In this document: piece after piece, positions 22,641 to 35,967 of the stretch | How the letters are laid out: the number at the start of each line of letters is the position of its first letter | How positions within the stretch are numbered: position 1 is the stretch's first letter | Assembly: GCF_001194135.2 (NCBI RefSeq) | Contig: NC_068987.1 | Location: 55,157,570-55,221,569, forward strand | Source of the DNA: Octopus bimaculoides | Taxonomy: Eukaryota | Direction of reading: 5' to 3' | Length of the DNA stretch: 64,000 nucleotides | Position numbers and translations under genes: made by a program | The notes under the pieces: model-generated | What the model saw: only the letters and a program-made list of their open reading frames with translations | What the model was told of the DNA's origin: nothing | The model's database searches: none

Positions 22641-24379
22641 ACGTGTGTGTGTGTGTGTATATTCTGCAAGTTCACAAGACTTTGTGTTTTCATCCAAAAT
22701 GGAGACGAACACCATTCCTCCATGTGATTGGCTTGAAAAATTATTAAAGATATTAAGATTACTTTTCTTAACATTAAACCATTGGTAGCCTTAATACACA
22801 AATAAACAAATTTATCCACCAATGCAGTGTTGAGCACTCATTCTCGTCATTCGACATTTACACACACACACACACATCTTTTTACCATTTATCTTTTACT
22901 TGTTTCAACCTTAAAGACTAATTATGCTGGAGCATCACCTTGAAAAATTTTCAGTCAAATGAATTGATCTCAGTACTAATTATTATTATTATTATTATTA
23001 CTCTATTGGTCTCTATTGCCAAACCTCTAAGTTACAGAGGTATAAGCAAGCACCACTGGTTGTCAGCTGGTGATGGGGGATAGCCATGGTCATGTGATAA
23101 GAAACTTGCTTCTCAACCACATGGCTCCGGGTTCAGTCCTGCTGTGTGGGAACAGGGACAAGTATCTTCTACTATAGCCTTGAAGCCGATCAAAGCTCTC
23201 TGAGTGGATTTGGTAGACAGAAACTAAAAGAAACCAATCATATATGTGTGTGTGCACATGCATGTACATCATCATCATTTTAAAAATCTTCTTTTCCATG
23301 CTAGCATGGGTCAAACGGAATTTAAGGCAGATTTTCTATGGTTAGGTGCCCTTATCGCCAGTCTTCCTCTGTTTCCAAATATGGTTAATATTTCCCCATG
23401 TCAAGACATGTTTCTACAGAAGATTAGAAATAGACACTGCTTGCATAATGGTGACACTTGTTTATGGCTATCACATGATGACAAGACAAGGAGACAGTAA
23501 TAGGTCAGCTCATAGGGTGGTATCTATAAGCCATTAATAGAGCTTTGAGGACATGACAGATAATAATGGCGAAGGAGGATGTCCCAACAGAGTGAACATA
23601 CCTAAAAACATGCAAGGAACGGGTGGTGGTACGAAACTAAATGTCAAATTAAGTCTGTTATCTAAGTTGGATACGGGGCGGGATTTGAACTCGGAATGTA
23701 GACACTCAGAACCCAACAATTCAACCAGGTCACCTCTCTAGTCTGATACTTTAATAATTATGGAAGGCATGAAAAGAAGTATATTCATTTATAAATATGT
23801 GTGTGTGTGTGTTGTGTGAAGGAGAGAGAGAGAGAGAGAGGACAGAGATGATAGACAGAAAGAAAAGCGTAATCAAATTGCGATGGCAACCGGAACACTA
23901 GCAGCTTTGCCATAGACACATGCACACATACACACAGACACACACACGCGCACACATTAGCATCAACCTTGCCTTGCCTGGCTGCAGCAACAGCAGCAGC
24001 TTCAACCGCAAAACAGCAGCAGCAGCAGTAGTAAACACTATAGAGGTAGATTTTGGTAACCACTTCAGTATTGATCTGTTGTACAGTTCTGTGTTGTACA
24101 GCAGTTGGCTGGCTAGCAGGGGCCACAGTGAGAACAGCTGTATAGCATCAGGGCAGCCGGCAACAACATCAACAACCTTAATCACTGCCCCTTCTCATAA
24201 TAACACATAAGCATATACAGATACACATAGAAATACGCACACACACACACACACATACACGTGTGTCACACAACTATTTGCAACTATTTTCTATACTTGC
24301 CTGGCTGTTAGTTCTATACTTATGACAATCACATATAAATACACATTATAGATACTTTGTGTGTAAGGTAGGTGTGTGC

Positions 24380-24412
<33 letters not shown>

Positions 24413-24680
24413 CATACACACCACATCAGTAACTGTGGTATCCAAACTACTGTCACTTGTCCAGTATAGTTGACTGTAAAACTGTAATGAAAGTGAAAGA
24501 AGAAAAGAAACCAACAAGAAAACACAAATATAAAAAAAGGAAAGAAAGAAAATATCGTTGGGTGTCTCATTTACCGGATAACTAACTAACTACTAATTGT
24601 CACCGCTGTGCAAAGCCTATCTTTGAAACAGTTAAGGATTTCAGAGGTTTGTTGGCTGCTTTCTTTCTACCTGGTTCATT

Positions 24681-25539
24681 NNNNNNNNNNNNNNNNNNNN
24701 NNNNNNNNNNNNNNNNNNNNNNNNNNNNNNNNNNNNNNNNNNNNNNNNNNNNNNNNNNNNNNNNNNNNNNNNNNNNNNNNNNNNNNNNNNNNNNNNNNNN
24801 NNNNNNNNNNNNNNNNNNNNNNNNNNNNNNNNNNNNNNNNNNNNNNNNNNNNNNNNNNNNNNNNNNNNNNNNNNNNNNNNNNNNNNNNNNNNNNNNNNNN
24901 NNNNNNNNNNNNNNNNNNNNNNNNNNNNNNNNNNNNNNNNNNNNNNNNNNNNNNNNNNNNNNNNNNNNNNNNNNNNNNNNNNNNNNNNNNNNNNNNNNNN
25001 NNNNNNNNNNNNNNNNNNNNNNNNNNNNNNNNNNNNNNNNNNNNNNNNNNNNNNNNNNNNNNNNNNNNNNNNNNNNNNNNNNNNNNNNNNNNNNNNNNNN
25101 NNNNNNNNNNNNNNNNNNNNNNNNNNNNNNNNNNNNNNNNNNNNNNNNNNNNNNNNNNNNNNNNNNNNNNNNNNNNNNNNNNNNNNNNNNNNNNNNNNNN
25201 NNNNNNNNNNNNNNNNNNNNNNNNNNNNNNNNNNNNNNNNNNNNNNNNNNNNNNNNNNNNNNNNNNNNNNNNNNNNNNNNNNNNNNNNNNNNNNNNNNNN
25301 NNNNNNNNNNNNNNNNNNNNNNNNNNNNNNNNNNNNNNNNNNNNNNNNNNNNNNNNNNNNNNNNNNNNNNNNNNNNNNNNNNNNNNNNNNNNNNNNNNNN
25401 NNNNNNNNNNNNNNNNNNNNNNNNNNNNNNNNNNNNNNNNNNNNNNNNNNNNNNNNNNNNNNNNNNNNNNNNNNNNNNNNNNNNNNNNNNNNNNNNNNNN
25501 NNNNNNNNNNNNNNNNNNNNNNNNNNNNNNNNNNNNNNN
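24681..25539. other. Assembly gap (N run)
   Basis: 859 N between unique-looking sequence and a microsatellite. Confidence 1.
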
Positions 25540-25577
25540 ATATATATATATACATATACATACATACACAAACTCTC

Positions 25578-25608
<31 letters not shown>

Positions 25609-26211
25609 CATACATACACAAACTCTCATATATATATATATATATTTACACATACGCACATTTACATATACACACATTCTCATATGTATGTATGTATGTA
25701 TATATATATATTATATATAAAAGAGAGAGAGTTTGTGTGTGAAATTTATAATGCTGATTCAAATGATCTGCTTGTTTGACACAACTTGCGTTCTGTACTT
25801 GGGCTTTTTAAGCAGTGTAGGCTACCTGTTTCATATCTTGTTCATAAATTCATGTGTTTGTTGTTGTTATTATTTGCTTAACGTTTTCCTCTTAGCTTCT
25901 TCTCCCAACTCTATCCGCTTTATACTTTTTTTTTTCCAAAATTTACAATTTTTTCTCCCCTTTGTCAGTCTGTTTTCATATTTATGCTCATATATCTAGG
26001 GGTAAATTAGTATACAAACTGTATACCAATTTATCCCTAGACGTGTGTGCATAGGGTATGTATATACAATGAATTGAGGATGATAGGGGGGGATGGTTAT
26101 TAACCCTTTCGTTACTATTTTTCTACCTTTTGTTTCAAATGATTTTGAAAATAAAGCATTTTGATATTTTACGAAATGCTTTGTTATCTTCAAAATTACT
26201 TTGTTATCATA

Positions 26212-26609
26212 GGCGTAGGAGTGGCTGTGTGGTAAGTAGCTTGCTTACCAACCACTGCATGGCACCTTGGGCAAGTGTCTTCTACTATAGCCTCGGGCCG
26301 ACCAGAGCCTTGTGAGTGGATTTGGTAGACGGAAACTGAAAAAAGCCCGTCGTATATATATATATATGTATGTATGTATATGTGTGTGTGTGTATATGTT
26401 TGTGTGTCTGTATTTGTTCCCCCAACATCGCTTGACAACCGATGCTGGTGTGTTTACGTCCCCGTAACTTAGTGGTTCGGCAAAAGAGACTGATAGAATA
26501 AGTACTAGGCTTCCAAAGAATAAGTCCTGGAGTCGATTTGGTCAACTAAAGGCGGTGCTCCAGCATGGCCACAGTCAAATGACTGAAACAAGTAAAAGAG
26601 TAAAAGAGA
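26212..26609 (+). mobile_element. tRNA-derived SINE family A with internal (TA/TG)n hinge and (AAAAGAGT)n tail
   Basis: GGCGTAGGAGTGGCTGTGTGGTAAG head; GGGCAAGTGTCTTCTACTATAGCCTCGGGCC; microsatellite; CCAGCATGGCCACAGTCAAATGACTGAAACAAGTAAAAGAG. Confidence 0.85.
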
Positions 26610-29513
26610 AAGAGCATTCGAACATAAATTAGCATGAAATTTCGATGAAAGGTTTTATATTTAGATCGTTTTGGTACTGGCAGGAAGTTTCTATCATAGA
26701 ATTACAGGTGGTCTCATGCTGGTTGATATTAAAGGGGTTAAATAATGAAATGCTGGAGAAAACTAATCATCAAATGTTTCTAAAACTAGTAGGAGATATT
26801 TTATATTTGTTTTCTATATATTTTATTTTTGTTACATTTTGTTATTTGTTTATTTGACCTTTCAGATTAACAAGTTATTCAGGCTTAAAAATTCTTTTTG
26901 TTTGTTTTTCTTTTTTTCTCTTTCTCTTTTTATACTTCCCTTTTTTATCTTTCATCTTCAGCTCTCCCGTCCTGTTTAATTATCTACTTAAATATTTGCT
27001 AGGTGATATTCTTTGTGTGTGTGTGTGTGTGTGTGCGTGCAATTATCAATCTGTTTGCTGCATACTTTTTGATACCTGTGTCACCTTATAGATAGTAAAT
27101 AGCCTTCAGCACAAACACAACTCTTTTTAGAGCTGCAGGTATTTGTTAGTGTCTTTACTTGTGAAGAAGTCTGAATCTGATAGCAACAAGCTATGTCATA
27201 CTTACAGACCAAACAGTTAGCACTATATAATTTTTACAACTTCTAGCGATTGAGATTTATAGAACAACTGTATAGTGAATGATTATGTGGTGAAGAAGCT
27301 GTCTTCCTAACCACATGGCCTTGTGTTCATTTCAGTCTCTCTGCTTTTTGGTATCTTGGCATGTGTCTCCTACTACAGCCTTGAATCGGCTAATGTTTAT
27401 TGAGTGAAATTGGCAGAAGGAAACTATGTAGAAGCCCATGTGTGTGTGAGTGTGGGCAGTTTTATGAGACTGTCTTTATATTAACATCGAAAAACAATAC
27501 GTATTCTCTGTTTGTCTTGTGACTTAGTGATGTAATAAATGAAGATAATTGCCAGAGTTTTTTAAAAGAAATGAATTTTAGAGTTGATACAATCAACTAA
27601 ATCTCTTCAGTGTAATGCTTCAGTATGGCCACGACCAACAACTAAAACAAGTTAGCATGGAAAAATATTGCAACTTTTTGCGGTAGAATTAGTTTGTTAT
27701 CTGGTTGAGCATCACCTCCTGGTCCATGGATTCCTTTAAGAGAATCCACTCTGTTACAAGTATTCAGCCCAAACTTTTTGGTCTGAAGGTAACCTTACTC
27801 CCCTTTTCTTTCCTATTTGTAGGTGTTTGAATGGGCTCTGGTATTGCCCTTCCTTTTCTGAGTTAATTACAAAAAGAGAGTAAACTACCCCAGAATTTGC
27901 TACCTCATTAGTTAATTCTGTATGGTGCTATGATGCATGTAGCCCTGAAAAGTGGAAATTATGGGGTGGGTGGATATAACGACAAGCTAAGTCTTCAAAG
28001 TTTTATTATTTGTTCACTTTTTGTTTTTATGGTCACACAAACAAGGTCAGGCTGGTTATAAACAAAGTGAACACTAAATTTTATTTGGGTAGTGTGTAGA
28101 GGCTGAGATACTTTGTATTCTCCCAAGCATGCATCGTGCATCTTGTTGTCCCCTCGCCTTATGACTTTTGAGACCTTGAATTGCCCCATCTCCTTCACCC
28201 TATTGCTCACTTCCCCATCATCAGTCTACTTGTATTCTTCATCAGGCTTATGTATTAGAGATTGCATCAAAGCACCTCACTGTTTTGATTCCCTCACTCT
28301 TCACTAGACCTATGTCTCAGAGACTGCATTAAACCATCCTCATGCCTTCAGAAATCCATCCCTCCACTGCATCTCCTTTAAACTCTTCACTCTTCTGCCA
28401 GCCATCGCACTCTCAAACCATTAGAGCGCTTGTATTTGCTAACCATCACCTGATCTTTATCTTATCCCATCATCCACCCTCAATTTTGTTCCCTCAACCA
28501 TAGGGCTTTGTCTGTTGCCTTAATCTTTATTTCATCTCATGACCCACCCAACCATTATCCATCTCTTCTCTTGCCAGTCTCTTGCTTCCTGTCTCCACTT
28601 TGCAATCCAGATTCCTCTGACATCCTCATGCTCTCTTCCAATCCCCTTCTTTCATCACTTCAGCAAATACACGCGTCCAAGGTTACTGTGTACTCTCACT
28701 ACTTACTTGCTCCTCTCACTTCTGACTTTTCTGCTGGTGTCACTCCAAACCCCTGTTTCCCTTCCATAGTCTACATGTCAGCTTATGTGTACTCTCTAGC
28801 TCATCCTTTCTACAACATATTTCCCTCTTGTACTGGTGCCCCAACAGAAAACTGACAACTTTCACTCCCTGAATGTGACAGATGCAAAACAATCTCTTTC
28901 ATGCTGATACATGAAAAATGCACCCAGGCCACTATGTAAAGTGGTTAGCAAAAGAAAGAGCATCTAACCAAACAAAACCAAGCCAAAGGACATGTATGAA
29001 CAGCAGTCTTTGGAAGCAGCAACTCCCAGTAAAAGTTGATTTGAATAGTGGTGTCAGTGTGTGTATGTGTGGTTAGGAATTACTGAGTTTTCAATTTTTT
29101 TGGAAATAATCCTCATTCTGAAACCAGGCAAACTGGACTTTCTGGTTAATTTGTGATGTAGTTAAAAGTGTCTTAGATTGCTTCAATTTATTGGTTTCCA
29201 GTTGAACTGATAATAAGTACCCACCAAACATCTGTGGTGCTAATTATTGAAATTGGATTGGATTTTGATGAGGTCCAGCTTATAGTTCTTTTTCTAGGAT
29301 TTAGTGATTTATAACATTAGTCTATTGTAATTGCAGCTAAATTGTTGGTATTTTAATGCAGTTTCATTTTAATTTGTGCTAAATATATCTTCTTTGTATG
29401 CTTAGTGTATATTACACACAGACACAGGAATAGTGTCCAGGAACATTGCTGTCTATATATTACAGCTGTAATATACAGACTGTTATATAATATAAAGAAT
29501 TTTAGTAGTAGCA

Positions 29514-29549
<36 letters not shown>

Positions 29550-29723
29550 ATCACTAATGTAAGAACACACACCCTACTTCTAATTTTATAGAAGTAGCGA
29601 GATAAAAAGTACTCAATACTTGGAATTTATATACATTTTTTTTTAAATTAAAGCCAACTGTTGCTACTACTTCAAAATTGTTGCCATCCTAGCTTTCTTC
29701 AGATGACATTTCAGTCTCTCCCT

Positions 29724-29756
<33 letters not shown>

Positions 29757-30109
29757 ATGGGCTGAGTAGCGGTATTTATCATTAGATGCGAGTGTGTTAC
29801 ATACTTCCAGTAGATCAATTGAGGTTTTTTTCATGACTATAATTCACCTGGTAGAGTTTATCTTGACAGTAGCATTTTTATATAGTTTCTTTCTCTTTGT
29901 CTGTTACTTTTTTCCCCCCATTCACTTCACTTCAGTATATTGCAATGTTGCATCAAGACATTATATTTCCACTGTGCAAAATAAACACTGCTTTGCTTCA
30001 TAGATATAGGGATATCATGTTTGCAGTAATTGTCTATACAATAATATCTCTATTTTGTAGCTCTTTTAGTCCATTTGTAGCAGGAAAAAATAAACTGTAA
30101 CATCATCAT

Positions 30110-30950
30110 CATGGCAGTGAACTGGTAGAATCATCACCACATCAAATAAAATGCATAGTTACTCTTCAGGCTCTTTACCTTCTGAGTTCTAATTCCACCA
30201 AAATCAGCTTTGCTTTTCATCCTTTCAGGGTCAATAAAATAAGTATCAGTTGAGCCCTTTTTCCAAATTTTCAGACCTTGTGCCTATAATAGAAAGAATT
30301 ATCATTATTAAGGTGGCTAGATAGCAGAATGGTAGTGGAAACGGTATTTCAGTTGCCTTTACATTCTGAGTTCAAATTCCACTGGGGTCAACTTTTCTTC
30401 TCGCTTTTTTTTTCTGTACTGGGGTTGATGTAATCAACTTACACCCCTACCCCAAAATTGCTGGCCTTGTACCAAAATTTGAGACCATTATTAATAATCC
30501 TTTCTACTGGAAGTACAAGGCCTCAGATTTGGAGGAAGGAATTAAGTCAATTACATCCACCCCAGTGCTGGTACTTATTTAATCGACCCCGAAAGGATGA
30601 AAGGGAAAGTTGACCTTGGCGGAATTTGAACTCAGACCATAGATGAAATACTGCTAAGCATTTTTACCTAGTGTGCTAACGATTCTGCCTGCTATTGACT
30701 TTGCCTTTCATCCTTTCAGGGTCAATGAAATAAGTACCAGTTATGCACTGGGGTCAATGTAATCAACTTAATTTCCTCCCCCAAGCTGCCCTTGTGGCAA
30801 AAATTTGAAATTATTATTATGCTGAGGTTGACTTTGCATTTCAATTTAGAGTCATTAAAATAATTACCAGTCAAATACTGAGGATGATATAATTGACTAG
30901 TCCCCTCTCTGCCAAATATCAGGCTCTGTACCTATAGTAGAAAGAATTAT
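30110..30950. mobile_element. Cluster of ~5 SINE B copies in alternating orientation
   Basis: Plus copies at ~30110-30300, 30310-30490, 30690-30810 and 30820-30950; minus copy at ~30490-30690. Confidence 0.75.
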
Positions 30951-31102
30951 TGCTGGCTTTTTGTTCTTTTCCTCGTGTCTGTTGTTAGCATTCTCCTCGT
31001 GGAAATAGCTGAATAAACAAGCATTGCATTTAAAAAAGTATTCTGAATGCTAAAAGATTAAGAAAAGTAGCCTTGTTCTTAGTTAAAAGAATTCCTACTA
31101 AA

Positions 31103-31332
31103 GGCGGTGAGCTGGCAGAATTGTTAGCACGCCGGGCGAAATGCTTAGAGGTATTTCATCTGTTGTTACATTCTGAGTTCAAATTCCGCCGAGGTCGACT
31201 TTGCCTTTCATCCTTCCAGGGTCGATAAATTAAGTGCCAGTTACACACTGGGGTCGATGTAATCAACTCAATCCCTTTGTCTGTCCTTGTTTGTCCCCTC
31301 TATGTTTAGCCCCTTGTGGGCAATAAAGAAAT
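31103..31332 (+). mobile_element. tRNA-derived SINE family B, full length, young
   Basis: GGCGGTGAGCTGGCAGAA head, B-box GAGTTCAAATTCC (31175-87), central GCCTTTCATCCTT...GTCGATAAATTAAGT domain. Perfect 16-bp TSD AAGAATTCCTACTAAA (31087-31102 / 31333-31348). Confidence 0.9.
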
Positions 31333-31417
31333 AAGAATTCCTACTAAATTTAAGAACTTGTCTCTCTTACATGTGTGTGTGTTGTTTTTTTTTTTCTCTC
31401 CATTACTTTCACATTAG

Positions 31418-31423
31418 CGCTGG
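31418..31423 (+). CDS. Candidate 6-nt phase 2-2 microexon (CGCTGG); alternatively a 135-nt cassette 31418-31552
   Basis: T-rich tract, then acattAG (31416-31417), CGCTGG, and a strong donor GTATGT (31424-31429). It preserves the frame between exons B and C. No transcript evidence is available. Confidence 0.35.
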
Positions 31424-34214
31424 GTATGTCAGGTTACCAAACACTGACTCTTCAAAAGTCATTTGTTTACACCATAGTTCTGATGGTTACATAGAACACT
31501 TCCTTTCAGACCTCAGTTTTTTACTGAATAAATATAGTTATTTTCTGTCAGGGTAACAGTGAAGAGAGTTAAATGGGGTTTTTTTTTTTGTTATTTTTTG
31601 AGATATTCTCCTCTTTATTAACCATTATATATGTTGATAATTTACAAACTCATTCAGTTAAAAATTATAAAATAACACCCTCCCACATCATTTTCCTTCG
31701 TATTCTATATTTATTGGTTATTTCATTTTATATTTTTTAATAGTTTTCTTTGATAGCTTTTCATCTCCCTCTCCTCTCCGTCATTTCTCCCTACCACCTC
31801 CCCATGTTTTTATGTTTGAATTTGCTTTTATATGAATTTAATTTCAATTTTGTGGATGAGTAATATCTCTATGTTCATATGTGTGTTTGCATGTATAAGC
31901 ATATCATTTAGTTTGTATCTGTATCTGTACATATACATGAATATCTGTTTGCATGTGTATATATACATACATAGATGTGTATGTGTGTTTATTTGCATGT
32001 ATGTATGTGACTGTGTATAAATGTCTATTTACATGCATGTGTGTGTGTATATATGTCTTGAGTATTTGCATGCATTATATGTGTATACATATGTGTCGTG
32101 TTTATAATGTTGGACAGTCAAAATATGTGTAGTTTACACATTCTATATGAATGAGTCAGTATGACTTACAAAGTTACCCACAATTCATTAGTTTTTGTAC
32201 TTTTTTTTTCTACATGTATGTGTATTTGCATTTCAGAATAATAGTGATAAAACCTAAATTGGTTTGGATCTCCTTGATATAAAGGGAGATAAGTGTTTGT
32301 GGAGAAGAGGATGGGGTGTGTTCTCTCTTTTAAACTGTTACAGCTCACGAAACAACTGTGAATACATGCATGTGCTATCTCCAGACAACTATTTTCCTGG
32401 GTGGAAAGGAAATGGAGAACAAGCTAGCTAGCTAGCTTAGTAAATAAGTATGATTCGCAGGCATATTAACATCACTAAAGGAATTATTAGATCATGAGCA
32501 TCTGGTAGCTAATGGATTAATGGCTATATGATCGGAAGGACATGAAACCAAGGCGTTCCTCTTGATTGCCATAATATGGTGATACAGGACTTCTGACTAA
32601 CATCAGATTAGTTCAGCTGTGATATAACACCATGTTATTTCTGATTAATCTGCCTTATTATTGATGGCCAGCACCACTGACTAACCAAGTTCCATTGCTT
32701 TAGGAATTGAGGTTTTACTTTTTGCTAAATTCGTTAGTGTTATTAATTCCAGTATTCTTGATTTTATTACATGTCCACAGTACGTTTAAGTGCAGCTCTA
32801 TGTGCATTGGGCATTTAATAATGGAATATGTATTTCAGTGCTTAGTCATGCTATTTCTTTGTATGTTGTTTATATAAGTCCTGGTGATTTTGGTTATATA
32901 TTTCCTTGTGCCTTTGTTGTATCATTCCCAAGGCACCTATTATTTTAGGGATCCATTGTCATCATGACATTAACTTTTCCATGCTTGCATGGGTTGGATG
33001 GAAATCACTGAGACATATTTCTAATAGCTGGATGTCCTTCCTGTCACCAACGCTTAACTGTTATCAAATAAGGTGATATTTTTCCTTGGCCAGACATGTT
33101 TTTAATGGAAAACTGGAAATGAATGACACCTGCTTACTACCATCACATGATGTCAGTGCAAGGAGACACACCCATGCACACGCTTGCACAGACACACTCA
33201 ACTTGCTTCTTTCAATTTCTGTCTACTAAAACCACTCTTATTTTTTCAAGATGGTCAGATGTAATTTGAGTGAGATTTAACTACTGTTTTTAGCAGGTCA
33301 AGAATTATTTGCAACGTATGAAAGTTCTAGCTCTCTCAAGCTTGTATATCATTATTATTATTATTATTGGCAACCTGGCAAAATGCTTAGCAGTATTTTA
33401 TTCATCTTTGTTGTGAGTTCAAATTCTGCCACGGTCAACTTTTGTTTTTCATCCTTTCAGGCTCAATAAATTAAGTACCAATTAAACAAGGGTCAATGTA
33501 ATCAACTAGTCCCTTCCCCACCAAATTTCGGGCCTTGTGCCTATAGTAGAAAGGAGTGTTATTATTTTGGTTTGGCTCAGGTTCAGTCTTATTCCTAGTA
33601 GGATTTATGTGGGTAGCGAGTTACTACCTCTACCCTTATTTATCCACAAGTTTTCAGTCTTTCAAGTGCTTAGAACCCTCATTATTATTATCATTTAAGG
33701 TATTGGAGCTTGTGGAACCAGAATTTCACAATATTTGCTATAGGACTTCAGGATTTTGAGTTCACATCCCACAAACATCAACTTTATCTTTCATCCCTTT
33801 GGGATGAATAAAATAAAGTACCAGTCAAGTACTGGAGCCAGTTTAATCAACTAACTTCTGTCCACTGATTTCAGGCTTTGCGCCTATATTAGGCAATCAT
33901 TGTTGTACTTCTATCTAAGTGCAATTTTAAATTTAGTTTCTTCAAATCCATTTTACATATTTTAGGTGAATTCTATCTTATTTAAAATATTTCAGCGTTT
34001 TACTTAATCTTCCTCTGATCTTAAACTGTTTAATCTTCTCTTCTTTACCATCGCTGTGAAACATGTCCAAGTTTCTGAGAAAAGATCAAATGCACAAATT
34101 ATTTTGCATCTTCATTTACGATATAGATTTTATAAAATGGATTGGCACAAACACCAAATTTCTGTGCACAAAATGCTTACCTACAATTAATAACTGAGAT
34201 AGGCACCCTGTCCG

Positions 34215-34468
34215 CTCCATAAAGTGGTTGGTGTTAAGAAGAGCATCCAGTCATAAAAACCATGCCAAAGCAGACCTTGCTGGTGCCATGTAAAAAAACA
34301 CCTTCTCCATTCTGTGAAGTTGGTGTTAGGAAGGGCATCCAGCCATAAAAGCCATGCCAAAGCAGACAGTGGAGCTTGGCACAGTCTTCTGGCTTACCAG
34401 CTCCAGTCAAACTGTTCAACCCATGTCAGCATGGAAGACTGACATTAAATGATGATGATGATGATAAT
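34215..34468 (+). mobile_element. Family E element ending ~55 nt upstream of exon C
   Basis: GGTGTTAGGAAGGGCATCCAGCC...AACCCATGTCAGCATGGAAGACTGACATTAAATGATGATG. Confidence 0.8.
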
Positions 34469-34524
34469 GATGAAGACATATGGGAGATATATGTGTTATT
34501 AGATTTCTCTTTTCTTTGTTGCAG

Positions 34525-35096
34525 GGATACTGATTATTATAATGACCGCAGTAATTACCACAACAACGCACCATTGATAGGGGGAAACATTCAATATGGA
34601 GATTTACCCCCTTATCCAGAAGTTTACCCTAATGACCCCGCCATGAGACATCTTCCATATGAAAACAATGCATTTGATCACCCGGTGCACAGTTCTGTGG
34701 TGAGCCCCCACTATCGTGATTCTCCTGTTGGAGATCCTGTTATTGGTTATGCAAATTCTTACCGTGAATCGCCTTACGACTTGCGGCACAACAACGAACC
34801 TGTTCTGGATAAATACAACAAGCTTCCCATGGCTAACAACGGTAGATACCCTGACGATGGTTTGGACCTTTTGTATCGTGGTTCTCCATCGCATCAGGAA
34901 CCGGGATTACCTTATGGCATTGATGATGTTGACAAACGACACCAAGGTCTACCTCCCGTCAGGGTTGATCCCTTTGCAGATGACCTATTCAAGGACCAAG
35001 TTCAAGATGACATAATTCATAATGGACCTCCACCATTACCAGAGATGTCTACATTTCGACAGACACCATCACCAGCTGTTGGAAGTGATAGATATA
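34525..35096 (+). CDS. Coding exon C (572 nt, Tyr/Pro/Asp-rich)
   Basis: Acceptor tctcttttctttgttgcAG at 34523-34524. The phase-2 start (AG+G = Arg) joins exon B in frame. Encodes DTDYYNDRSNYHNN...DPFADDLF...TPSPAVGSDRY. Consensus donor GTAAGT at 35097, phase 1. Confidence 0.92.
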
Positions 35097-35967
35097 GTAA
35101 GTTTTATTCTTTGCATTCTCTTTGTGTTCATTCACTTCTCTGTTTGTTTTCCCATGCTGTTGAAATTATAGTTTCACAGCTAGATCCTTTCCCTGTTATT
35201 TTTTACTCTTATCTGTTTTTCTTATTTCACATGTCATCAAAGGCACAAAGCCATGACAAAAGAAGTGACGTCACCATCAATTGTAGTTCCTGATGTACAC
35301 ATACAATGAGCTCCTTTCAATTTCCATCTACCAAATCAACTCGCAAGGCTTTGGTTGGATGGGGCTACAGTAGAAGTCGCTTGTCCAAGGAGTTGCACAG
35401 TGTAATTGAACCTGAAACCACATAGTTAGTGGGAAATAACCTAAACCACACAGCTTAAAATCCATCATATCATTTCGATAATATTGACTTTTGTTTCCAC
35501 TTGACAATATAATTCTGTAGGGAAGGTAAAAATTACTGAAGCAATCCATATTAATTATGGCAACTCATTTTATCAAAGTAATTAAAGTCTGTGTTAACTG
35601 TCTAATTACATATAGAAACATATGGTACATTATGTAATTATTTGCAGCTTCTTGTACCTTGGGAGTTTACTTTGGCAACTAATCACCACCATTTTTATCA
35701 TTTTTCTAGCTACTTCCACCCATTCTTATATAATGCTGGGTGGCTATGTATCTCCTCTATGGCAAAACGCTTGTGCTTGTCCCTCTGTCATACTTTGATC
35801 TCTCAACATCTAGCATAAAGCCACCTCTCCCTCTAATTCTCTCCCCTTTACTCTCAGACACAAGAGCTTTTCTTGCAATTTACTTGGTGGCTGCACGAGT
35901 GTCAGTGTCATGGGGAAAAGCACCCATTACATACTGTAAAAGTGGCTGGTGTTAGGAAGGGCATCCA

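Noticed and set aside
23785-24210. Overlapping 95-113 aa ORFs with poly-Ala/Cys
   Set aside because: They are translations of CAG, CA and GA microsatellites with no coding signature.
18017-25779. Long ORFs (130-376 aa) in the ORF track
   Set aside because: They consist mostly of X from N-gaps plus microsatellite translations, so they are artefacts.
34376-34524. 5' extension of the 305-aa ORF (MAQSSGLPAP...DDDD)
   Set aside because: It derives from a family E repeat and its (GAT)n tail upstream of the acceptor at 34524.
35097-35293. Hydrophobic 65-aa read-through tail after exon C
   Set aside because: It starts at a consensus GTAAGT donor whose phase matches exon D, and the composition is intronic and T-rich.
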